Below, in pieces: positions 40,602-52,510 of a stretch of 64,000 bases of DNA. The translations under genes were made by a program, and so were the position numbers. The notes below the pieces were generated by a model. It saw only the letters and a program-made list of their open reading frames with translations. It searched no databases and was not told the DNA's origin. The stretch is from positions 12,214,001 to 12,278,000 of the forward strand of contig CM102286.1 of NCBI GenBank assembly GCA_046563655.1, read 5' to 3'. The stretch comes from Yuukianura sp. NJ FZ-2021. Taxonomy: Eukaryota. Numbering within the stretch: the first letter of the stretch is position 1; the number at the start of each line of letters is the position of its first letter.

Positions 40602-42683
40602 ATGAATACGATGCGCCTGCGTCGAAATTCCAGAAATCTTGTCTTCAATCATCATGTGGTGAGATGGTACACTTATGTTAATTAAGAATCACGTCTAATT
40701 TGAGTAATTTTTGCAGGTCATTACCAACTTGTGTCGTTTCATGAGCCGTAGCGACCTTCTGACACTGAGACTTGTTAATCAAGTTTGCAACTACGCTGTT
40801 CTTCTGTTCATGAAACAAAATGGCCGCCGTCCTACCATTCACTTGCGAACTGACGGTGACATTTCAGCCTTTCTCACTGTCATGTCCAAGCGCACCAATC
40901 AGGAACTTCCAGAATTCTGCTCGTACAAGTTGGCCCTTGCGTCGACCTCATTGAACCAAGTGAAGCAGTTTGTCTCCAAGTCATCCGACATTTTTGAATT
41001 TGAGTTCATTGAGAAGAACTGTGACACTCCTTGGGAACTGGCTCCAGCAGATGACATTCATCCAGCAGTCCTTGATCAACAAATTGTTTCTGGCAAATTC
41101 TGTTCCAAAATACTGTCAGTATTGAAGAAAGGATCCACTCAACTCCAGAAGATTTCCATTGAGTGCAAACGGGACATTCCCGTTGACCAAACAAAGTTGG
41201 ATGAATTTCCAGAAATCTTTCCAAATCTTCGAGAAGTTAAGGCCCGTTACTTCTCAAATGGATTCCAAACGACATGTGACATGTTGTCTACAATTGTCTC
41301 CAGAGCTCCGCGACTTCAGATGCTTGAAGTAGTTAACTTCTTTGGAAACAGACGCTGGCACTACAGTCCACTTCTTCTGCGACGTCTTGTTCGAATTCTG
41401 AATAGACCGGATCCACCATTCCTATCGCTTTGTATTCAACTGATGCTGCACGATGACATCGAATCACTTGAAACTCTCATGAGATCCAATTTCAATCGGT
41501 TGCGCTTTTTTGAATTTCTGCTGATCTTTGAAGATGTGAATCAAAACGATGGTGGAGATCTTCTGAGAAGATTTTCAGAATTCCTCAAGTTCCAGGCTCC
41601 AGCGCTCCAAGAATTGGTAATCCTCATCGGAAGCTTCGCTGGTAGAAATGAAGTTACCCACCCTCTGCAACTTCCGGAGCTTCCGAATTTGAAAATTTTG
41701 GAAATTGCCAGTGGAATTCACTTTCGACAAAGCGTAGTCCAGAGTCTGATGCCGAATCAGTTTCCAAATTTGGAAATTCTGGAAATTTCTGGAAACAACT
41801 TGTACAAGGATTTTGTTGGATCAAATGTCTTTCCCTCGGTAAAGTCCTTAATGCTGAACCTTGATGTCTCCAATGCTTCGCCAGTTGAAGACGCAACTTC
41901 TACAAATACAATTCACATTAATTTTCCGAATTTGATTCAACTTGAACTTCGTGACAACACTTACAAGAATTTGAAACGAGTCGACTACGTTTTGAATTAT
42001 TTGGTTAACCTCGAGATTCTGAATCTGAACACTCACATGACCTTGAATCGTCGTGGAGGAAATGCGTTCTGGAAAACTTTTGCTGGAAAGCACTTGCGAC
42101 TGCCAAAGCCAACCATTTTGAAATTGTGTCAACGTCAGGTCAGGTCAACTAAACAAATAGCACACGTTAATTATTCAATAATTAATCTCAATTACATTTG
42201 TTTGTCACTTGCAGTCACAGGAGCCAGTTGTCCGGGAAGAACGAGAGTCAGTGAACAGCTACAATCTGCTACCGTCATTGGGCAATCTCCGAAGTTAGTG
42301 TCAGAAGTGACCTTAAGAATGAATTCCAACTTTGTTTTCTAAATAGAGTTTTTTTTTTTAATTTTTTTTTGAAAATTTTGAAAAAGAGTTGAGGATTTTG
42401 GAAATATCGGTGTCACTGGCTACTCAGCTTGGTGCTCTTGCGTACATGGCGCGTCCTGAATGTATGCAACCGCTGGAAGAACTTTGTCTTGGATTCACTC
42501 ATGGGAATTCTATTGATCCGGATGTAAGTTTTACATCAATTACTAATTGTAATTATTATTAGTTAGAAAAGTTACAAGTTCTGTTACTTTTAGGACCAGG
42601 ATGATTATGTGCGCATGCTCCGACGATTCCATAAGGAAGTCATCGTCAAAGAGCTCAGCCCACGCCGAGGAATCCATGTTTAA
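40602..42683 (+). CDS. F-box-like plus leucine-rich-repeat protein
   Basis: N-terminal VFNHHV|VITNLCRFMSRSDLLTLRLVNQVCN (F-box pattern). Repeated FPNLxxLxI/L units. Long exon 40718-~42139 plus three short 3' exons, stop at 42681-42683. Confidence 0.78.
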
Positions 42684-43403
42684 GCAAATCTTCGCATCAT
42701 ACACTTCTGCTCTTCTCAAAAATGTCAATTCCTAACTACAAATTTGAAAAATGAACTGAATTTCTTGCATTTTCCATTCAAAATGGACAATCTTTATCGT
42801 AATTAAAAAGTAAAAGTAGACCAAAAGTAGTAGTAAATGCGCCAAACTTATCACAAAGGTGTGTTTCAAAATTATGAAATTTAAATTAGTAATCGTGTGC
42901 AACTAATTATTGGAATTCGGAATTGGTTGTTTACTTATTAGTACTTAACTATTTGGGACAAACAGTATTGACGAATTCCTCAAAAAAAATCGAGCTTTGC
43001 TGAGCAAAGCTTCAAGGCCAAGGACAACGGGTGAAGATTTTTTTAAAGAACCTACGAAAGGACTAAATTCCGCAATTCCGCTGCGATTTTTCACAAAATC
43101 AAGAAATAAGAAAATTTTGAAAGATTTTGTAGCCTGTGCTGATAACTACCGCTCAATAGAATATTAAAGTAACACAAAAATCGGAATCAGTACTAATTTC
43201 CTGGACATGCGCATGTGTATACGGCGAGTTGCATAAGACGTATTCATTCCTTGCGTTACGCAAGTTGCGTAATATACGGTCGAGGGTTAGCTACCTCATA
43301 TTTACTGGAATTTGTATTTGGCGACCATTCTGTGTTATGTCGTAAGACCTCGCTCATACACCACATGTCAATTGCTTCGGTTTTAATTTATCTGTCTTTG
43401 TTC

Positions 43404-43442
43404 GGGAAATTCCAGGACGAAAGAGCTGTTGTTGTTGCATCA
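43404..43442 (+). promoter_or_regulatory. Candidate kB site (GGGAAATTCC, 43404-43413) and C/EBP-ATF response element (GTTGCATCA, 43434-43442) upstream of the SLC3 gene
   Basis: Consensus matches only. The CARE is retained in copy 2 (57640-57648). Confidence 0.4.
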
Positions 43443-44042
43443 AATTGACGCGACGCATGAATAGAATGCCCGTAAGGAAGGAAAGGGACAGGGAGAAGAC
43501 GATGACGGGAAGAGGTATATACAATATACATACCTACTTACATTACTACTAGCGCTGGGTCATAAGTAAGTGGCTGATGATTCTTACATCATCTAAGTTC
43601 CTTGTGGTTGTTTTTTGGCACACCCACTTGGCTTGGATTCCATATCAAGTTTCCACGTAACTTCATATCTTAAACTCAAACTCAACCCGAGCCCAGTCAG
43701 AGTTGAGCTTACAGGAGATCGAGACACCACAACGAACTCAAGCCATCTTCCATCCAGTTCCAGGTTGAATTAGAGGATTTCTAGCAATCGACTGAGCTGT
43801 TAACCCATCGCAAGTTTTCTGGCACAGGGTGGGTCTCGGGTTCATTTCATAAGCAGTCGATAAATTACATTTTAGCAACGAAACTAAAGAAGTGAAGCAG
43901 TGAAGGTAAAGAGATTAACCATCTGTAATTAATTTCTAGTTTAACTGGTACTAAAGTTATTCATCTAAACTTAGTTTCGGTTGTTAAATGATCCGGAACT
44001 GATTATAAACTGTTTGCTTTAATATGTTACAGGAAGTCAGCA

Positions 44043-47000
44043 ATGTCTACTGCGAAGGATATTGATGACATGGAGAAGGCGAAAATTCTGGACGGGGATG
44101 GAACTGCCCCAAAAGCAGTTCCGGAAGATACCAGCGCAATTGGAGAGGACGGAGCACCAATCAGTCCGAAGGAACATCCAGGAGTCCAATTCATTTCACC
44201 AGGTCGCGATTCTGGAAACGGTGATGCAAAAGTTGACCTTGGGGGAGTCGGAGGTGCTCCACAATTTGTTGGACTTGGGAAGGAAGAACTCATGAGATAC
44301 GCCAATGATCCATTTTGGGTCCGACTTCGATGGTTTCTGTTCATCCTATTCTGGCTTATCTGGGTTGGTATGCTAGCAGCCGCCATTGCGATTATCGTCA
44401 TGGCTCCTAAATGCACCAGTACCGAGAAAGTAGCGACACATTTGGCCAACAACGGACCTTACTACCAGTTTGCGTTGAATTCCATCGCTGAAGCCGACAA
44501 ATTCGGAGGTTAGATCTGAGGAACTTTGTGTTAGAACACTTAACGGAAAATAATATGATTCGTCCTTCGTCCAGGTTCCCCATACATGTACTGGATTCTA
44601 ATAACTTTTTTTTAGTACTGCAACAACATGTGGACGACATTGCTTCGCTTGGAATGAAAACAGTCATCATCTCCCAATTTCAAAAGCCAACCGATTTGAC
44701 TGCTGTCGACGAATCCTTCGGAACGGAAACTTCTCTCACGTCACTCATCAACGCTCTTAAGGGGAAAGGTAAGAAAATTGGGAAAGAATTAATTGAATCC
44801 GAGAAGGGTGATCTATTTTCTTTATGTCTTCTCTAGGAATCCGCGTACTCTTGCAACTTTCTGCAAACCACGTTTCCAAACAACACAAATGGTTTGGCCA
44901 ACACAAAGAAAAGTATTTTGTTTTCGAGGATATTGCCAAATCTAACAAGAGCACTTGGAAGAGCCTATATGGAGACAGTGCTTGGTCTCCGGTTGGAGAT
45001 GGCGAAAATAATTACTTGCACCAGTTCCGGGAAACTGACGCAGATCTCAACTACGCCAAAGGTGACGAAGTTGCAACCGAAATGAATGTAAGTTTAACCG
45101 CAGCATATTTAGTTATGCCTCCTAAGGTTACTCACACCGCTAGCTTGATTTTTAATTTTTGAATTCCAGGGAGTTCTGAAGCATTGGTTCAAATTCAACA
45201 ATGGAATCTTCGGTTTCTTGCTTTCCGATGTTTCCTATCTTATCGAGGATTTGGATCATTTGGACAAGCAGGAAAGTACTATCAACCAGGCCGGCAATAA
45301 AGACGTTGTGAACAAACTTCTGGATTCATCTACTTGGTAAGCTAAATTGCATGTTTCTTTTTTTGGCAGTGTCTTATTCTCGCGAGTTTAACATCAATAT
45401 TAGCATGTTAAATTTTTGATGGTGGGCATAATTAAGATACAAAGCTGAATTGCTGAGTTGTTTTTTTTTTTGCCTATCGCTAGAAGATTCTTAAGTTCAA
45501 ACATTTGCAGCTACTCGGCTTGTTGCGTTTCTCCAGTGGCTGTAAATGTAAAGTGGCTCTTTCGTAAGTATTATTATCAGTTTGTGGGAGAAGGAAGATA
45601 AAGTTTAATTACTTTCTTAGGACTACTGGAACGATAGAGTTGCAGGCAGTGCCAGTATGATCAATATGTTTATCTTCCCAGCAAATGGAAGGAAGTAGCG
45701 TAGGAAGGAAGTAATTGGAACTTAATTTTGTAAACTAATCGATCAAATTTATTAGTACTTTTATTACTTTGGTCCGAAGGACACAGAACTTTCTAGGAGA
45801 CAATGACTGCCTGATGAAATTAATGATGAAATGCCAGGGTTTATTACTCTGTCCTTGCAATATTTAGTTTTTAGAATGTGTACTAAAAAGAACTTCCTAA
45901 GCATTATTTCTTATCTTTTATTTTCAAGCTTCTAGGAGCTGGAAGGAATTCGATTTCAATTAATCATGAATTTTCTAAATACTGAGCTGAATTGTTTTTT
46001 AATGTTTCAGGGAGCTGGGAACCAGGATTACTCCATATGCTTTGCTGGATGTCGATAAATTGGGAGTGGCTGAAAGCATGAAACAGTATACCGGAGATGC
46101 CATGATTCCAATTGTTACCGATTTGGCTACCCATTTGAATGTTAATTTTACTGCTGACGATTTGGAAGCTCATGTCAAAGCAGTTAAAAACAACTTTGTT
46201 ATCCGTCGGGTTAGACATTTACTTTGAAATTGTCCTTCAAATTATTCAGAATGTAGTTCTAACATTTAATCGTTTTGTAAACTTTTTTGTATAGCTTGGA
46301 GGTCCACGACTGCCACGAATTGCCAACCGATACTCCCATGAACGAGCAGATATTCTCACTGCAATTGCGTTCCTTCTCCGCGGAGAATTTATTGTGTACT
46401 ACGGAGATGAAGTTGCAACGATCAGTGAGTTACTAAATTTTAATCGACATTGAGATAAATCGTTGACATTGTTTTGAAATTAAGAGCACGAAGGACACTC
46501 TCCAGTGGATACTGTGGATATCAGCCTGGACCCGATGATTTGGACTCCTAGGGCTTCCGAAAGTAAGCTTTGAGGAGAATGGGCATACCGATCTGGAAGA
46601 GCGTACATGATTACTCAATTTTTCTATAATAGGCAAAGTCAGGAGCTTCTACAAGTGTTTAGCCGAAGTTCACACTTCAATTAACCAGACTGGGCTCGTC
46701 GACGACTCCGGAACTTCCTACTACGTCTATAATGGGACGTTTAGTTTCAAACGGTACGTTAATTGCCTTGATGTAAACAATTTATAGGGGTAGCTAACTT
46801 TAATTTTGTTTAAATGTGAAACAGAGACAAGTATGTCGTTGTGACCAACTTGAACGAAGGGGATCTTACGTTGAACTTGAAGGAAAAACTGACCTTACCA
46901 ACAACCAACGGGACACTTCGATGTCCCACGCCCAACATTGAAGATTCACCAGATAAAACGTAAGTTAATTTTTTTAAAAAATTGATTGTTTTTTTTTTAA

Positions 47001-47109
47001 TTTTAATTTTGGTAATTCACCGATTTTCAACAGAGTGGACACTTCAACCTTCGTGGCTAAAGGGATGTCAGCTTACGTGATTGAGTTTGGCCCGAACTCC
47101 AATGAATAA
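44043..47109 (+). CDS. SLC3 heavy chain (CD98hc/4F2hc/rBAT-like), copy 1
   Basis: FVGLGKEELMRYANDPFWVRLRWFLFILFWLIWVGMLAAAIAIIVMAPKC, then an alpha-amylase-like ectodomain (ANHVSKQHKWF, YLHQF..DLNY, YYGDE). Stop at 47107-47109. Confidence 0.93.
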
Positions 47110-47524
47110 GATCCTGGTGAAAATGCTTTACAACTTACGCTGATGAGTAGAAATCACACTGATGCTGGCGTGATTAGCCGGTTTTAGATTGGTTTACATT
47201 TAAGTAATTGGCCAAAAATGCTAAAGATTCTAGTAACTTAGAAGCTTTAACGAAAATGATACCGAACAAAATAATTAGGGCTTCCACTTCATGTGCTTGA
47301 AGTTCAGGAATTCATTCGATTTTCCGGTGAATAAATTCAAATTGGTTCTTGTTGCTTTAAAATTCTTCTGAGTTTGAGAATGAATTTGAACTTGAGGATT
47401 TTAACTTTAGCAATTTAAAAATACCAGGACCGCCTGGGATTTTTTAAGATTGTCTTCCAACATTATTTGAAACTAGTACCGGAAGTATTTTGAAGCGATT
47501 CAATGGTTGGACTTTAACATTGAT

Positions 47525-50500
47525 TTAGAATCCTTGAACTTTTCCGTACGCTTCCAGACTGGACATGAGGATGTAGAAAAGCCAGAGTGCAAAGAACAGT
47601 AGAGTTGTAGAGTACTTGAATCGAACTGGACCCCCAAGCTCACCAGCTCCAAATATGCGCAATCGACGAATTAGAATGACAGCAATTGCAACAATGGCGC
47701 ATGCGCAGAACAAGGTCACAGAAAACGCCAGGCTAAAGAGGTAAATTGTAAATTAATTGGGTAAAAAATTCAAGATTTTGTTTACTAAAACGCAAAAGTT
47801 TGTCACTTTCATGTTACCTTCCAGGGTCCACTTGGAACTTCGTACAATCCGGTTCACTGCAATTCCGTACAGCATAGGCGATTGGAGCAATTGTCCATGC
47901 AATTCCGAGTCCCAAGAAGACGTTGACCGCGTTACTTCCAGTGACGTTTCCAATTGAAGCATCCGCATATTCATCTTGGACAGCAGACACTTTACTTGCA
48001 AATGTATCTAAGGATGAACAAAATTCAATTGTTAAATTCAATCAATGCTAACTAGCGTGCTACGTACGTATGCGTGCTGGGACTTCGCCCAGCACGCTTC
48101 GTTCCAACGTCCTAATTTTTTAGCATAACAACTAATTTTTTCCAAAAGTAATACGCTAGACAGTTGGAATGCATGATAATGTTTTTAATAAAAACATGTA
48201 TTTCAGAAAATTTTAGCTTCTCTTAAATGAGGAAGGGAAGGTTTTAGAGTTTTCCGGAACTCCGATACGCCGCGCCGTTACGGTACCGGAATTACCTCTC
48301 CCATGTAACTTCCCCAACTAGAAACGAAACTTAAATTCATGTTAATTTAACGTTGGAAGTGTGAAAAATCAGTGATGTTGTAAATTATAACCGGACTCTG
48401 TATTTACAACATAATTTCAACTATTAATTTAGAAGTTAAAATAACGTTGGGGTGATGTGTTTTTATAACAGGTTTACAACGCATCATTCTACAACTGTTA
48501 CCAATTTTGCGAAAATAACCTAAATTTAACGTCGTTTTAACTTGTGGTGCTGTAGTAGGAGGCGCAACGTTATTTTCACCTCTTTTTCACATCGCTCCCG
48601 CTCTTCTCCGTAACCGGCATGACTGCTAGAAAAGGATAGTGAGACTCCAACAATGTGAGTTTGTGGAAGTGGTGCAGAGCATAGGAGTGAGAGGAAGAGA
48701 AGGGAAGAGAAGGTGGGAGTGCAAAGCTCCACACGGGAGTTATTTTTTTTTCACTCTCGCAACAAAAATGCAACGTTATGTTTTTCCACACTCTCAACAT
48801 TAATTTCACGTGGAAAGCGCGGCCACAAATCACTTTAGCGCAACGTTACGTGGTAACAGAAATAAAACGTTGTTTTAACTTTCGATTTCTAGTTGGGTCT
48901 CATTAGTATATAATAGATTAATTCTTAACTTGAATGTTACCTGGAATACTGGTCCCAACAGCTACAAAAGTAATTGCGGTAATAGAGTCCTTCAAACCAA
49001 CGGTACAACCAAAGTGACCTGCTATGTCGCCAATGATCTATGGAAATCAATTTTTTATGTTTCAAAAAAAAACAACAAAAAATTCAGATTTTTTTTTTTT
49101 TTTTTTGCAAATTCTAAGTTTTTTTTTGGGCAGTTACCGCAGTCATCACTCCGATAACTAGAATGGAAACGACGAAAGCCACGTACCCACCGCACATGTC
49201 TACAAATCATCTTTTACAACACCAATCGTTTCCGGACGTGTTCAATTGAAAAGGAATTTTACCCGCGGGGGAACAAAAGCTGCGAGAATTTTCCAAAATA
49301 GAGTTAAGAAGTGCAAGATGTATTCGCCAAATGAAGGATACGTTATTGGTTTTTCGGTTTCCTCGTCGCCATCTCCCTCGTCTCCGCCATCATTATCGTC
49401 AGAAGCAAAAAGAACCAAGTTTAGCACAATTTCAATCAGTTGCAATGGAGTACAACAGCTTACCATCGTCATCTCCTCCAACTGTTAATGCTTCGATGAA
49501 TTGGCCTTTCCAGGTAGATTTGCCAACAACTAGCTTTGCATTGGCACGCTGAAGCAACTTGTCAATTGTCCCCTGGAAAACAAATTCAAACCTTAAATCC
49601 AAAAACGTTGGTTGCAAGTTTTATCTTTCAATGTGACAAGAATTTGACCTTGAACTGTTTGCTTTCGGTCAACCGGATCTGAGTTCTTGAATCTGGACCA
49701 AGTTTTGGCCAACCTTCGGCTGCAATCAGTTCAGGCTTGTTCATGTCTTCCTTCTTCTTTGCTTGCGGTTGTACAATTGGAGCGTCATTTGCTGCGAAAA
49801 CGAAAAATTTTAGTCGGAATACAAGATATTTCCAGTATATTACTCGGAATCCTTACCATCCAAAGGAACAGCTTTTGAAAGTTGGACATAAAAGAGAACA
49901 TCTTTCTCGTAAGTATCTTCGTTGATTATAGGAATCTCCAGCGATTTTCTATTTAAAAAAAAACTTGTGTTAACAACTCTGAACGAAGACATATAATGTT
50001 TGAAATAGTTATTTTTCAGTAATTTCGTTTACTCTGTTTCACCGTTACGGAAAATAACCTTCCCGCGGACGGACTCGTAGTCCTTACCAGCCTTCGCAGT
50101 TCCGTCAACAGTGTGGTAGCTAACCTGAACTGAACCATTAGCTCCAACCCAACGCTTGACCTTGACTACCACTGTACCAACGGATTCCGTAGCCGCGATA
50201 TCTTTGTCCCGAAAACTGAATACACCACAATGGTCATCATCCAAAATTACAACAGTGGCGGACCAAGGTTGGATCAGTTGGACTTCTTCCGTTTTCCCAG
50301 CAGCGGTGTAACCTAACAGCCCAGCCAGTTTTCCAGGAGTTCGAGGCTGGCCAAATCTTGGTCGACTCAAGTGAATGTAGAAGTGTTCGTCTTCTTCAAA
50401 TACGTCGTCATCAAAAATCTAATGTCAAAACAAGGTTACACAGATAGATTTTTAAGATAAATTAAGCAACAACTAAAATGGCCGAAGTAGTATTTACAGT

Positions 50501-52238
50501 CTCTCGTTGTACCACCTTGGTTAAAAAGCGTAAACCCCCTTATCGTATCCCTGTGGTGGCAAATTCAAAAATTCCAGAGTCTCATTGTGCCCACAGGTTT
50601 GGTAAACATTGGTTTAGTCACCTGACGTACGTTGCGGGACATAAGTTACATTTTGGATTTTTGAATTTCCCGCGAGAGATTTGTCTATGGGATACAATGA
50701 GGGACTGAGGGACCATAAGTCTTATTTCAATCGTTAAAATTGTGCACCTTGATTTTGATCGTCTTGTGCGTTTCTCCGGGCGAGAATGTCAAAGTACCGC
50801 TAGTCGGGGCATAATCGGAATCTGCTGATGCTGAGCCGTCTTGCGTTTGGTAGTCAACCATCACAACATGATTCAAATCCCCGCCACGCCGACGTACCGT
50901 GACGTCAAATGTGTCCACACTCTCCAAAACAGTATAGTGGCCCGGGTTAAAGTATACCCCAGTGACATTCGGTGGCAAAGGCTCTTCTACTTCTGACTTC
51001 CGACCCTCCGCATTCGATAATAAATTCGACACAGATAGGTTAGATTTTGAAAAAACTCCAGGTTCCTTAATCAACTTCCGGGTAACTTGCATTCTGTAGA
51101 ATGCTCGACTCTTTGGTCCTCGTTTATAGATTTCTTCTTTCGTTAGTTGTTCCAATTCTTCGGGAGTTCGGTGAGGAAACTTCTGACGTAATTTTCGTAG
51201 GAGGTGGATGTAGTCGCGACGGGATTGTTCAAAATCTCGAACTTTCTCGTCGGATGACTCCTCTGCAAAGGTGTGCATATCGTGCGTAGAATCAGCTTCG
51301 AAACTCACACGTTCTCCTGCGATAATGACTCCACGTTTGTCCAGGCGAAAAGCTGTGTTCCTCCTCCTCCAGGACTTGTAAATGCGCCGATCAGCGAAAT
51401 ACGCTGTGGCCACCGTCAGCGGAAAAAAGAGAAACGTAAGTACTCCTTCCCAGATATCGACGACTCCTGTAGAACATAAAGCACATAATGAAGTTACAAA
51501 TAAAGTTAAATCTTAGTTAAAACTCATACAATAACTACTAAACATTGATTCAAACCTGGAGTAATGACTTTGAGGATCAGGAAGAGCCAAATGTAAGCAA
51601 AGACTGACCAAGTTGCAGTGACGAAGAAGACGTTCAAATGTTTGATTGATCGAATTTCGCCGTCCGGAATAACTGAAATACAAATGCCAATGATACAAAA
51701 CAGATTGAATGCTGCAGATCCGACGATCGTTCCAGGTCCAAGTTCGCCCGAAGATTCGAATTGTCCCTTCAACACTTTCCCTGAGATTTCGATAACAGAG
51801 AGCAGAATTTCTGGAGCAGATGATCCGAGAGCCATCAAGGTCAAATTCGCCACAGTTTCTGAAAAATACGAGTTCCAACGTTTATTTTATTTTTAATTGA
51901 AGTAAAAAGTTCATCGTTTTACCGTTCCAAACTCGGGCGACGACAATTTGTGTATTTCCACCAGGTCGTTTGATCTTGACTTCCGTTTCTTTGGATGTGA
52001 TGACCTCAATGGCTCCCATGAAACGATCCGACATTATGGAAACGCCAAGGAAGAGGTATATCATGGCCAAGAAATATGCGATTCCACGCATGGCCGTTTC
52101 CATCTTGGACAGTTTTTCTTGTGGTGTCCACACTGGGAGAACCAGTCCAGGTTGACATTTGGCTCCATCTACAAAGTCAAAAAGTGAAACTGAAAGTGTC
52201 ACTAGTAACAGTGACACAACAATGCTGAGTGCTGCCAT
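47525..52238 (-). CDS. Na+/Ca2+ exchanger paralog A (SLC8/Calx-like), copy 1; as assembled it carries an apparent 1-bp frameshift at 49267-49271
   Basis: Signal peptide, [27 protein letters not shown], two Calx-beta domains, [25 protein letters not shown] and GELGGP. Confidence 0.93.
48313..48897. mobile_element. Non-autonomous CMC/EnSpm-like element (585 bp) with CCC..GGG termini and 2-bp TSD TC; absent from copy 2
   Basis: TIR CCCAACTAGAAA.CGAAA.TTAAA / TTTAACTTTCGATTTCTAGTTGGG. TC at 48311-48312 and 48898-48899. Empty site AACTTCTCACTAG at ~62479-62491. Recurrent AACGTT subterminal motifs. Confidence 0.92.
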
Positions 52239-52510
52239 CGCTGGTGACACAAGTTCGTTCTTAGTCCCTAAATATGGAACAAATTTCGAGCCAAAGATAC
52301 TCGCAGTTCGCAGACGGAAATATTAAAAAAAATGATTTGGGTGATGATTTTTTCGAGCCAAAAAGATTCAAGGTAAACAAAGACAAACAAAGTTTGATTT
52401 GCGCCGTGGAACCTTGGCAACCAAGAGTAACTTGAAAAGGTATTTCCCAAACGCGATTCCTCAAAAATGTTTTTATTTTTTGAAAATGTCTCAAATTTAT
52501 TTCCAGAAAG

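Larger units (their letters stand above)
42162..50428 (+). repeat. Segmental repeat, copy 1 (copy 2 is 56355-64000, which runs off the window)
   Basis: Collinear match over exons, introns and intergenic DNA, with scattered substitutions and indels. Confidence 0.97.

Noticed and set aside
45336..46009. Possible snoRNA or micro-exon in the long SLC3 intron (TGATGA boxes; AG..GT segment near 45620-45654)
   Set aside because: There is no matching D box or terminal stem, one TGATGA is deleted in copy 2, and the candidate exon breaks the frame.
44043..52238. SLC3/CD98hc next to the NCX genes as a functional transport module
   Set aside because: Adjacency alone in a gene-dense eukaryotic genome is not evidence. 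It would need conserved synteny or interaction data.
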